A stretch of DNA of 64,000 nt from Auanema rhodensis (Eukaryota > Animalia > Nematoda). The DNA lies in assembly GCA_964057225.1 (NCBI GenBank), contig OZ059896.1, positions 5,518,001 through 5,582,000 on the forward strand, read 5' to 3'. Positions 1 to 12,600 of the stretch are shown piece by piece (positions within the stretch are counted from its first letter, which is position 1; each line of letters begins with the position of its first letter). The position numbers and the translations under genes were made by a program. The notes below the pieces were generated by a model, which was not told the origin of the DNA, did not search any database, and saw nothing but the letters and a program-made list of their open reading frames with translations.

Positions 1-351
1 AAGACAAAGACGATGGACATTGTTATTCAACAAAAAAATTAATTCTTCAGGGTGAAAATCGAGGATATAAGTGTGAACTTATATCAGTTGATATCTCGGT
101 GCATTTTTAAGCTAGCGCAAATCTGATAACACAGATCGACGCAGCTTGAAAATCCACATCGAATGCACCATACTACATTGAGAAACACTCAATACAAAAA
201 TTAGTTATGATCGTTTGAAAAATGATGCATTAGTGTATGTTGAGTTTCCATGTACACTCAACATTGCTTCTAAAAACATTTTGACAAAAAGTTTCCCGAA
301 AAATTTCAAAATAATTTCACAAAAAGTAGATGTTTTTAGATTCCTTTTTTC
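1..351 (+). repeat. Reference monomer (subfamily A type), about 32% GC, A/T-tract rich, with multiple short inverted repeats
   Basis: Hand count gives 111 G+C in 351. Single EcoRV (gatatc 90-95), NheI (gctagc 111-116), NsiI (atgcat 225-230) and BsrGI (tgtaca 251-256) sites were noted. Confidence 0.95.
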
Positions 352-3300
352 AAGACAAAGACGATGGACATTGTTATTCAACAAAAAAATTAATTCTTCA
401 GGGTGAAAATCGAGGATATAAGTGTGAACTTATATCAGTTGATATCTCGGTGCATTTTTAAGCTAGCGCAAATCTGATAACACAGATCGACGCAGCTTGA
501 AAATCCACATCGAATGCACTATACTACATTGAGAAACACTCAATACAAAAATTAGTTATGATCGTTTGAAAAATGATGCATTAGTGTATGTTGAGTTTCC
601 ATGTACACTCAACATTGCTTCCAAAAACATTTTGACAAAAATTTTCCCGAAAAATTTCAAAATAATTTCACAAAAAGTAGATGTTTTTAGATTCCTTTTT
701 TCAAGGCAAAAACGATAGACAATGTTATTCAACGAAAAAATTAATTCTTCAGGGTGAAAATCGAGGATATAGGTGTGAACCTATATCAGTTGATATCTCG
801 GTTCATTTTTAAGCTAGCGCAAATCTGATAACACAGATCGACGCAGCTTAAAAATCCGCATCGAATGCACTGTACTACATTAAGCAACGCTCAATACAAA
901 AATTAGTTATGATCGTTTGAAAAATGATGCATTAGTGTATGTTGAGTTTCCATGTACACTCAACATTGCTTCCAAAAACATTTTGACAAAAAGTTTCCCG
1001 AAAAATTTCAAAATAATTTCACAAAAAGTAGATGTTTTTAGATTCCTTTTTTCAAGACAAAGACGATGGACATTGTTATTCAACAAAAAAATTAATTCTT
1101 CAGGGTGAAAATCGAGGATATAAGTGTGAACTTATATCAGTTGATATCTCGGTGCATTTTTAAGCTAGCGCAAATCTGATAACACAGATCGACGCAGCTT
1201 GAAAATCCACATCGAATGCACTATACTACATTGAGAAACACTCAATACAAAAATTAGTTATGATCGTTTGAAAAATGATGCATTAGTGTATGTTGAGTTT
1301 CCATGTACACTCAACATTGCTTCCAAAAACATTTTGACAAAAATTTTCCCGAAAAATTTCAAAATAATTTCACAAAAAGTAGATGTTTTTAGATTCCTTT
1401 TTTCAAGACAAAGACGATGGACATTGTTATTCAACAAAAAAATTAATTCTTCACGGTGAAAATCGAGGATATAAGTGTGAACCTATATCAGTTGATATCT
1501 CGGTGCATTTTCAAGCTAGCGCAAATCTGATAACACAGATCGACGCAGCTTAAAAATCCGCATCGAATGCACTATACTACATTGAGAAACATTCAATACA
1601 AAAATTAGTTATGATCGTTTGAAAAATGATGCATTAGTGTATGTTGAGTTTCCATGTACACTCAAAATTGCTTCCAAAAACATTTTGACAAAAATTTTTT
1701 CGAAAAATTTGAAAATAATTTAGCAAAAAGTAGATGTTTTTAGATTCCTTTTTTCAAGGCAAAAACGATAGACAATGTTATTCAACGAAAAAATTAATTC
1801 TTCAGGGTGAAAATCGAGGATATAGGTGTGAACCTATATCAGTTGATATCTCGGTTCATTTTTAAGCTAGCGCAAATCTGATAACACAGATCGACGCAGC
1901 TTAAAAATCCGCATCGAATGTACTATACTACATCAAGAAACGCTCAATACAAAAATTAGTTATGATCGTTTGAAAAATGATGCATTAGTGTATGTTGAGT
2001 TTCCATGTACACACAACATTGCTTCCAAAAACATTTTGACAAAAATTTTCCCGAAAAATTTTAAAATAATTTTACAAAAAGTAGATGTTTTTAGATTTCT
2101 ATTTTCAAGACAAAGACGATGGACATTGTCATTCAACAAAAAAATTAATTCTTCACGGTGAAAATCGAGGATATAAGTGTGAACCTATATCAGTTGATAT
2201 CTCGGTGCATTTTTAAACTAGCGCAAATCTGATAACACAGATCGACGCAGCTTAAAAATCCGCATCGAATGCACTATACTTCATTAAGCAACGCTCAATA
2301 CAAAAATTAGTTATGATCGTTTGAAAAATGATGCATTAGTGTATGTTGAGTTTCCATGTACACTCAAAATTGCTTCCAAAAACATTTTGACAAAAAGTTT
2401 CCCGAAAAATTTCAAAATAATTTCACAAAAAGTAGATGTTTTTAGATTCCTTTTTTCAAGACAAAGACGATGGACATTGTTATTCAACAAAAAAATTAAT
2501 TCTTCAGGGTGAAAATCGAGGATATAAGTGTGAACTTATATCAGTTGATATCTCGGTGCATTTTTAAGCTAGCGCAAATCTGATAACACAGATCGACGCA
2601 GCTTGAAAATCCACATCGAATGCACTATACTACATTGAGAAACACTCAATACAAAAATTAGTTATGATCGTTTGAAAAATGATGCATTAGTGTATGTTGA
2701 GTTTCCATGTACACTCAACATTGCTTCCAAAAACATTTTGACAAAAATTTTCCCGAAAAATTTCAAAATAATTTCACAAAAAGTAGATGTTTTTAGATTC
2801 CTTTTTTCAAGACAAAGACGATGGACATTGTTATTCAACAAAAAAATTAATTCTTCACGGTGAAAATCGAGGATATAAGTGTGAACTTATATCAGTTGAT
2901 ATCTCGGTGTATTTTTAAGGTAGCGCAAATCTGATAACACAGATCGACCCAGCTTAAAAATCCGCATCAAATGCACTATACTACATCAAGAAACGCTCAA
3001 TACAAAAATTAGTTATGATCGTTTGAAAAATGATGCATTAGTGTATGTTGAGTTTCCATGTACACACAACATTGCTTCCAAAAACATTTTGACAAAAATT
3101 TTCCCGAAAAATTTTAAAATAATTTTACAAAAAGTAGATGTTTTTAGATTTCTATTTTCAAGACAAAGACGATGGACATTGTCATTCAACAAAAAAATTA
3201 ATTCTTCACGGTGAAAATCGAGGATATAAGTGTGAACCTATATCAGTTGATATCTCGGTGCATTTTTAAACTAGCGCAAATCTGATAACACAGATCGACG

Positions 3301-6300
3301 CAGCTTAAAAATCCGCATCGAATGCACTATACTTCATTAAGCAACGCTCAATACAAAAATTAGTTATGATCGTTTGAAAAATGATGCATTAGTGTATGTT
3401 GAGTTTCCATGTACACTCAACATTGCTTCCAAAAACATTTTGACAAAAAGTTTCCCGAAAAATTTCAAAATAATTTCACAAAAAGTAGATGTTTTTAGAT
3501 TCCTTTTTTCAAGACAAAGACAATGGACATTGTTATTCAACAAAAAAATTAATTCTTCAGGGTGAAAATCGAGGATATAAGTGTGAACTTATATCAGTTG
3601 ATATCTCGGTGTATTTTTAAGGTAGCGCAAATCTGATAACACAGATCGACCCAGCTTAAAAATCCGCATCAAATGCACTATACTACATTAAGAAACGCTC
3701 AATACAAAAATTAGTTATGATCCTTTGAAAAATGATGCATTAGTGTATGTTGAGTTTCCATGTACACTCAACATTGCTTCCAAAAACATTTTGACAAAAA
3801 TTTTCCCGAAAAATTTCAAAATAATTTCACAAAAAGTAGATGTTTTTAGATTCCTTTTTTCAAGACAAAGACGATGGACATTGTTATTCAACAAAAAAAT
3901 TAATTCTTCAGGGTGAAAATCGAGGATATAAGTGTGAACTTATATCAGTTGATATCTCGGTGCATTTTTAAGCTAGCGCAAATCTGATAACACAGATCGA
4001 CGCAGCTTGAAAATCCACATCGAATGCACTATACTACATTGAGAAACACTCAATACGAAAATTAGTTATGATCGTTCGAAAAATGATGCATTAGTGTATG
4101 TTGAGTTTCCATGTACACTCAACATTGCTTCCAAAAACATTTTGACAAAAATTTTCCCGAAAAATTTCAAAATAATTTCACAAAAAGTAGATGTTTTTAG
4201 ATTCCTTTTTTCAAGACAAAGACGATGGACATTGTTATTCAACAAAAAAATTAATTCTTCACGGTGAAAATCGAGGATATAAGTGTGAACCTATATCAGT
4301 TGATATCTCGGTGCATTTTCAAGCTAGCGCAAATCTGATAACACAGATCGACGCAGCTTAAAAATCCGCATCGAATGCATTATATTACATTGAGAAAAGC
4401 TAAATACAAAAATTAGTTATGATCGTTTGAAAAATGGTGCATTAGTGTATGTTGAGTTTCCATGTACACTCAAAATTGCTTCCAAAAACATTTTGACAAA
4501 AATGTTTTCGAAAAATTTCAAAATAATTTAGCAAAAAGTAGATGTTTTTAGATTCCTTTTTTCAAGGCAAAAACGATGGACAATGTTATTCAACGAAAAA
4601 ATTAATTCTTCAGGGTGAAAATCGAGGATATAAGTGTGAACTTATATCAGTTGATATCTCGGTGCATTTTTAAGCTAGCGCAAATCTGATAACACAGATC
4701 GACGCAGCTTGAAAATCCACATCGAATGCACTATACTACATTGAGAAACACTCAATACAAAAATTAGTTATGATCGTTTGAAAAATGATGCATTAGTGTA
4801 TGTTGAGTTTCCATGTACACTCAACATTGCTTCCAAAAACATTTTGACAAAAATTTTCCCGAAAAATTTCAAAATAATTTCACAAAAAGTAGATGTTTTT
4901 AGATTCCTTTTTTCAAGACAAAGACGATGGACATTGTCATTCAACAAAAAAATTAATTCTTCACGGTGAAAATCGAGGATATAAGTGTGAACCTATATCA
5001 GTTGATATCTCGGTGCATTTTTAAACTAGCGCAAATCTGATAACACAGATCGACGCAGCTTAAAAATCCGCATCGAATGCACTATACTTCATTAAGCAAC
5101 GCTCAATACAAAAATTAGTTATGATCGTTTGAAAAATGATGCATTAGTGTATGTTGAGTTTCCATGTACACTCAAAATTGCTTCCAAAAACATTTTGACA
5201 AAAAGTTTCCCGAAAAATTTCAAAATAATTTCACAAAAAGTAGATGTTTTTAGATTCCTTTTTTCAAGACAAAGACGATGGACATTGTTATTCAACAAAA
5301 AAATTAATTCTTCAGGGTGAAAATCGAGGATATAAGTGTGAACTTATATCAGTTGATATCTCGGTGCATTTTTAAGCTAGCGCAAATCTGATAACACAGA
5401 TCGACGCAGCTTGAAAATCCACATCGAATGCACTATACTACATTGAGAAACACTCAATACAAAAATTAGTTATGATCGTTTGAAAAATGATGCATTAGTG
5501 TATGTTGAGTTTCCATGTACACTCAACATTGCTTCCAAAAACATTTTGACAAAAATTTTCCCGAAAAATTTCAAAATAATTTCACAAAAAGTAGATGTTT
5601 TTAGATTCCTTTTTTCAAGACAAAGACGATGGACATTGTTATTCAACAAAAAAATTAATTCTTCACGGTGAAAATCGAGGATATAAGTGTGAACTTATAT
5701 CAGTTGATATCTCGGTGTATTTTTAAGGTAGCGCAAATCTGATAACACAGATCGACCCAGCTTAAAAATCCGCATCAAATGCACTATACTACATCAAGAA
5801 ACGCTCAATACAAAAATTAGTTATGATCGTTTGAAAAATGATGCATTAGTGTATGTTGAGTTTCCATGTACACACAACATTGCTTCCAAAAACATTTTGA
5901 CAAAAATTTTCCCGAAAAATTTTAAAATAATTTTACAAAAAGTAGATGTTTTTAGATTTCTATTTTCAAGACAAAGACGATGGACATTGTCATTCAACAA
6001 AAAAATTAATTCTTCACGGTGAAAATCGAGGATATAAGTGTGAACCTATATCAGTTGATATCTCGGTGCATTTTTAAACTAGCGCAAATCTGATAACACA
6101 GATCGACGCAGCTTAAAAATCCGCATCGAATGCACTATACTTCATTAAGCAACGCTCAATACAAAAATTAGTTATGATCGTTTGAAAAATGATGCATTAG
6201 TGTATGTTGAGTTTCCATGTACAGTCAACATTGCTTCCAAAAACATTTTGACAAAAAGTTTCCCGAAAAATTTCAAAATAATTTCACAAAAAGTAGATGT

Positions 6301-9300
6301 TTTTAGATTCCTTTTTTCAAGACAAAGACAATGGACATTGTTATTCAACAAAAAAATTAATTCTTCAGGGTGAAAATCGAGGATATAAGTGTGAACTTAT
6401 ATCAGTTGATATCTCGGTGTATTTTTAAGGTAGCGCAAATCTGATAACACAGATCGACCCAGCTTAAAAATCCGCATCAAATGCACTATACTACATTAAG
6501 AAACGCTCAATACAAAAATTAGTTATGATCCTTTGAAAAATGATGCATTAGTGTATGTTGAGTTTCCATGTACACTCAACATTGCTTCCAAAAACATTTT
6601 GACAAAAATTTTCCCGAAAAATTTCAAAATAATTTCACAAAAAGTAGATGTTTTTAGATTCCTTTTTTCAAGACAAAGACGATGGACATTGTTATTCAAC
6701 AAAAAAATTAATTCTTCAGGGTGAAAATCGAGGATATAAGTGTGAACTTATATCAGTTGATATCTCGGTGCATTTTTAAGCTAGCGCAAATCTGATAACA
6801 CAGATCGACGCAGCTTGAAAATCCACATCGAATGCACTATACTACATTGAGAAACACTCAATACGAAAATTAGTTATGATCGTTCGAAAAATGATGCATT
6901 AGTGTATGTTGAGTTTCCATGTACACTCAACATTGCTTCCAAAAACATTTTGACAAAAATTTTCCCGAAAAATTTCAAAATAATTTCACAAAAAGTAGAT
7001 GTTTTTAGATTCCTTTTTTCAAGACAAAGACGATGGACATTGTTATTCAACAAAAAAATTAATTCTTCACGGTGAAAATCGAGGATATAAGTGTGAACCT
7101 ATATCAGTTGATATCTCGGTGCATTTTCAAGCTAGCGCAAATCTGATAACACAGATCGACGCAGCTTAAAAATCCGCATCGAATGCATTATATTACATTG
7201 AGAAAAGCTAAATACAAAAATTAGTTATGATCGTTTGAAAAATGGTGCATTAGTGTATGTTGAGTTTCCATGTACACTCAAAATTGCTTCCAAAAACATT
7301 TTGACAAAAATGTTTTCGAAAAATTTCAAAATAATTTAGCAAAAAGTAGATGTTGTTAGATTCCTTTTTTCAAGGCAAAAACGATGGACAATGTTATTCA
7401 ACGAAAAAATTAATTCTTCAGGGTGAAAATCGAGGATATAAGTGTGAACTTATATCAGTTGATATCTCGGTGCATTTTTAAGCTAGCGCAAATCTGATAA
7501 CACAGATCGACGCAGCTTAAAAATCCGCATCGAATGCACTATATTACATTGAGAAAAGCTAAATACAAAAATTAGTTATGATCGTTTGAAAAATGATGCA
7601 TTAGTGTATGTTGAGTTTCCATGTACACTCAAAATTGCTTCCAAAAACATTTTGACAAAAATTTTTTCGAAAAATTTGAAAATAATTTAGCAAAAAGTAG
7701 ATGTTTTTAGATTCCTTTTTTCAAGGCAAAAACGATAGACAATGTTATTCAACGAAAAAATTAATTCTTCAGGGTGAAAATCGAGGATATAGGTGTGAAC
7801 TTATATCAGTTGATATCTCGGTGCATTTTCAAGCTAGCGCAAATCTGATAGTACAGATCGACGCAGCTTAAAAATCCGCATCGAATGCACTATACTACAT
7901 TGAGAAACGCTTAATACAAAAATTAGTTATGATCGTTTGAAAAATGATGCATTAGTGTATGTTGAGTTTCCATGTACACTCAACATTGCTTCCAAAAACA
8001 TTTTGACAAAAATTTTTTCGAAAAATTTGAAAATAATTTAGCAAAAAGTAGATGTTTTTAGATTCCTTTTTTCAAGGCAAAAACGATGGACAATGTTATT
8101 CAACGAAAAAATTAATTCTTCAGGGTGAAAATCGAGGATATAAGTGTGAACTTATATCAGTTGATATCTCGGTGCATTTTCAAGCTAGCGCAAATCTGAT
8201 AACACAGATCGACGCAGCTTAAAAATCCGCATCGAATGCACTATATTACATTGAGAAAAGCTAAATACAAAAATTAGTTATGATCGTTTGAAAAATGATG
8301 CATTAGTGTATGTTGAGTTTCCATGTACACTCAAAATTGCTTCCAAAAACATTTTGACAAAAATGTTTTCGAAAAATTTCAAAATAATTTAGCAAAAAGT
8401 AGATGTTTTTAGATTTCTATTTTCAAGACAAAGACGATGGACATTGTTATTCAACAAAAAAATTAATTCTTCACGGTGAAAATCGAGGATATAAGTGTGA
8501 ACTTATATCAGTTGATATCTCGGTGTATTTTTAAGGTAGCGCAAATCTGATAACACAGATCGACGCAGCTTAAAAATCCGCATCGAATGTACTATACTAC
8601 ATCAAGAAACGCTCAATACAAAAATTAGTTATGATCGTTTGAAAAATGATGCATTAGTGTATGTTGAGTTTCCATGTACACTCAAAATTGCTTCCAAAAA
8701 CATTTTGACAAAAATGTTTTCGAAAAATTTGAAAATAATTTAGCAAAAAGTAGATGTTTTTAGATTCCTTTTTTCAAGGCAAAAACGATAGACAATGTTA
8801 TTCAACGAAAAAATTAATTCTTCAGGGTGAAAATCGAGGATATAGGTGTGAACCTATATCAGTTGATATCTCGGTTCATTTTTAAGCTAGCGCAAATCTG
8901 ATAACACAGATCGACGCAGCTTAAAAATCCGCATCGAATGTACTATACTACATCAAGAAACGCTCAATACAAAAATTAGTTATGATCGTTTGAAAAATGA
9001 TGCATTAGTGTATGTTGAGTTTCCATGTACACACAACATTGCTTCCAAAAACATTTTGACAAAAATTTTCCCGAAAAATTTTAAAATAATTTTACAAAAA
9101 GTAGATGTTTTTAGATTTCTATTTTCAAGACAAAGACGATGGACATTGTCATTCAACAAAAAAATTAATTCTTCACGGTGAAAATCGAGGATATAAGTGT
9201 GAACCTATATCAGTTGATATCTCGGTGCATTTTTAAACTAGCGCAAATCTGATAACACAGATCGACGCAGCTTAAAAATCCACATCGAATGCACTATACT

Positions 9301-11400
9301 ACATTAAGCAACGCTCAATACAAAAATTAGTTATGATCGTTTGAAAAATGATGCATTAGTGTATGTTGAGTTTCCATGTACACTCAAAATTGCTTCCAAA
9401 AACATTTTGACAAAAAGTTTCCCGAAAAATTTCAAAATAATTTCACAAAAAGTAGATGTTTTTAGATTCCTTTTTTCAAGACAAAGACGATGGACATTGT
9501 TATTCAACAAAAAAATTAATTCTTCAGGGTGAAAATCGAGGATATAAGTGTGAACTTATATCAGTTGATATCTCGGTGCATTTTTAAGCTAGCGCAAATC
9601 TGATAACACAGATCGACGCAGCTTGAAAATCCACATCGAATGCACTATACTACATTGAGAAACACTCAATACAAAAATTAGTTATGATCGTTTGAAAAAT
9701 GATGCATTAGTGTATGTTGAGTTTCCATGTACACTCAACATTGCTTCCAAAAACATTTTGACAAAAATTTTCCCGAAAAATTTCAAAATAATTTCACAAA
9801 AAGTAGATGTTTTTAGATTCCTTTTTTCAAGACAAAGACGATGGACATTGTTATTCAACAAAAAAATTAATTCTTCACGGTGAAAATCGAGGATATAAGT
9901 GTGAACTTATATCAGTTGATATCTCGGTGTATTTTTAAGGTAGCGCAAATCTGATAACACAGATCGACCCAGCTTAAAAATCCGCATCAAATGCACTATA
10001 CTACATCAAGAAACGCTCAATACAAAAATTAGTTATGATCGTTTGAAAAATGATGCATTAGTGTATGTTGAGTTTCCATGTACACACAACATTGCTTCCA
10101 AAAACATTTTGACAAAAATTTTCCCGAAAAATTTTAAAATAATTTTACAAAAAGTAGATGTTTTTAGATTTCTATTTTCAAGACAAAGACGATGGACATT
10201 GTCATTCAACAAAAAAATTAATTCTTCACGGTGAAAATCGAGGATATAAGTGTGAACCTATATCAGTTGATATCTCGGTGCATTTTTAAACTAGCGCAAA
10301 TCTGATAACACAGATCGACGCAGCATAAAAATCCGCATCGAATGCACTATACTTCATTAAGCAACGCTCAATACAAAAATTAGTTATGATCGTTTGAAAA
10401 ATGATGCATTAGTGTATGTTGAGTTTCCATGTACACTCAACATTGCTTCCAAAAACATTTTGACAAAAAGTTTCCCGAAAAATTTCAAAATAATTTCACA
10501 AAAAGTAGATGTTTTTAGATTCCTTTTTTCAAGACAAAGACAATGGACATTGTTATTCAACAAAAAAATTAATTCTTCAGGGTGAAAATCGAGGATATAA
10601 GTGTGAACTTATATCAGTTGATATCTCGGTGTATTTTTAAGGTAGCGCAAATCTGATAACACAGATCGACCCAGCTTAAAAATCCGCATCAAATGCACTA
10701 TACTACATTAAGAAACGCTCAATACAAAAATTAGTTATGATCCTTTGAAAAATGATGCATTAGTGTATGTTGAGTTTCCATGTACACTCAACATTGCTTC
10801 CAAAAACATTTTGACAAAAATTTTCCCGAAAAATTTCAAAATAATTTCACAAAAAGTAGATGTTTTTAGATTCCTTTTTTCAAGACAAAGACGATGGACA
10901 TTGTTATTCAACAAAAAAATTAATTCTTCAGGGTGAAAATCGAGGATATAAGTGTGAACTTATATCAGTTGATATCTCGGTGCATTTTTAAGCTAGCGCA
11001 AATCTGATAACACAGATCGACGCAGCTTGAAAATCCACATCGAATGCACTATACTACATTGAGAAACACTCAATACGAAAATTAGTTATGATCGTTCGAA
11101 AAATGATGCATTAGTGTATGTTGAGTTTCCATGTACACTCAACATTGCTTCCAAAAACATTTTGACAAAAATTTTCCCGAAAAATTTCAAAATAATTTCA
11201 CAAAAAGTAGATGTTTTTAGATTCCTTTTTTCAAGACAAAGACGATGGACATTGTTATTCAACAAAAAAATTAATTCTTCACGGTGAAAATCGAGGATAT
11301 AAGTGTGAACCTATATCAGTTGATATCTCGGTGCATTTTCAAGCTAGCGCAAATCTGATAACACAGATCGACGCAGCTTAAAAATCCGCATCGAATGCAT
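1..11400. repeat. Domain dominated by subfamily A monomers, with a B-rich island at about 7.2-8.9 kb
   Basis: A-diagnostic linked variants are aagacaaagac, gacattg, caacaaaa, ctcaacatt, ttcccg and tttcaca. The 63-aa ORF is intact in most copies. Boundaries are approximate. Confidence 0.85.
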
Positions 11401-12600
11401 TATATTACATTGAGAAAAGCTAAATACAAAAATTAGTTATGATCGTTTGAAAAATGGTGCATTAGTGTATGTTGAGTTTCCATGTACACTCAAAATTGCT
11501 TCCAAAAACATTTTGACAAAAATGTTTTCGAAAAATTTCAAAATAATTTAGCAAAAAGTAGATGTTTTTAGATTCCTTTTTTCAAGGCAAAAACGATGGA
11601 CAATGTTATTCAACGAAAAAATTAATTCTTCAGGGTGAAAATCGAGGATATAAGTGTGAACTTATATCAGTTGATATCTCGGTGCATTTTTAAGCTAGCG
11701 CAAATCTGATAACACAGATCGACGCAGCTTAAAAATCCGCATCGAATGCACTATATTACATTGAGAAAAGCTAAATACAAAAATTAGTTATGATCGTTTG
11801 AAAAATGATGCATTAGTGTATGTTGAGTTTCCATGTACACTCAAAATTGCTTCCAAAAACATTTTGACAAAAATTTTTTCGAAAAATTTGAAAATAATTT
11901 AGCAAAAAGTAGATGTTTTTAGATTCCTTTTTTCAAGGCAAAAACGATAGACAATGTTATTCAACGAAAAAATTAATTCTTCAGGGTGAAAATCGAGGAT
12001 ATAGGTGTGAACTTATATCAGTTGATATCTCGGTGCATTTTCAAGCTAGCGCAAATCTGATAGTACAGATCGACGCAGCTTAAAAATCCGCATCGAATGC
12101 ACTATACTACATTGAGAAACGCTTAATACAAAAATTAGTTATGATCGTTTGAAAAATGATGCATTAGTGTATGTTGAGTTTCCATGTACACTCAACATTG
12201 CTTCCAAAAACATTTTGACAAAAATTTTTTCGAAAAATTTGAAAATAATTTAGCAAAAAGTAGATGTTTTTAGATTCCTTTTTTCAAGGCAAAAACGATG
12301 GACAATGTTATTCAACGAAAAAATTAATTCTTCAGGGTGAAAATCGAGGATATAAGTGTGAACTTATATCAGTTGATATCTCGGTGCATTTTCAAGCTAG
12401 CGCAAATCTGATAACACAGATCGACGCAGCTTAAAAATCCGCATCGAATGCACTATATTACATTGAGAAAAGCTAAATACAAAAATTAGTTATGATCGTT
12501 TGAAAAATGATGCATTAGTGTATGTTGAGTTTCCATGTACACTCAAAATTGCTTCCAAAAACATTTTGACAAAAATGTTTTCGAAAAATTTCAAAATAAT
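1750..12600. repeat. Three copies of a multi-monomer block at offsets 2808 (8 monomers) and 4212 (12 monomers)
   Basis: Rare SNPs recur in register: gacaatgg at 3522/6330/10542 and aatggtgc at 4437/7245/11457, with aatacgaaa and gatccttt also recurring. Confidence 0.85.

Noticed and set aside
291-306. CENP-B box near tttcccgaaa / ttttcgaaaa
   Set aside because: It does not fit TTCG-N4-A-N2-CGGG on either strand.
1-351. 5S rRNA, tRNA, snRNA or spliced-leader tandem gene unit
   Set aside because: No recognisable conserved motifs or cloverleaf by eye. An Rfam/Infernal search was not run and would be the decisive test.
1-351. Assignment to a named satellite of similar length (e.g. Drosophila 359-bp or beetle ~360-bp families)
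   Set aside because: Only length and AT richness are similar, and I cannot recognise sequence identity.
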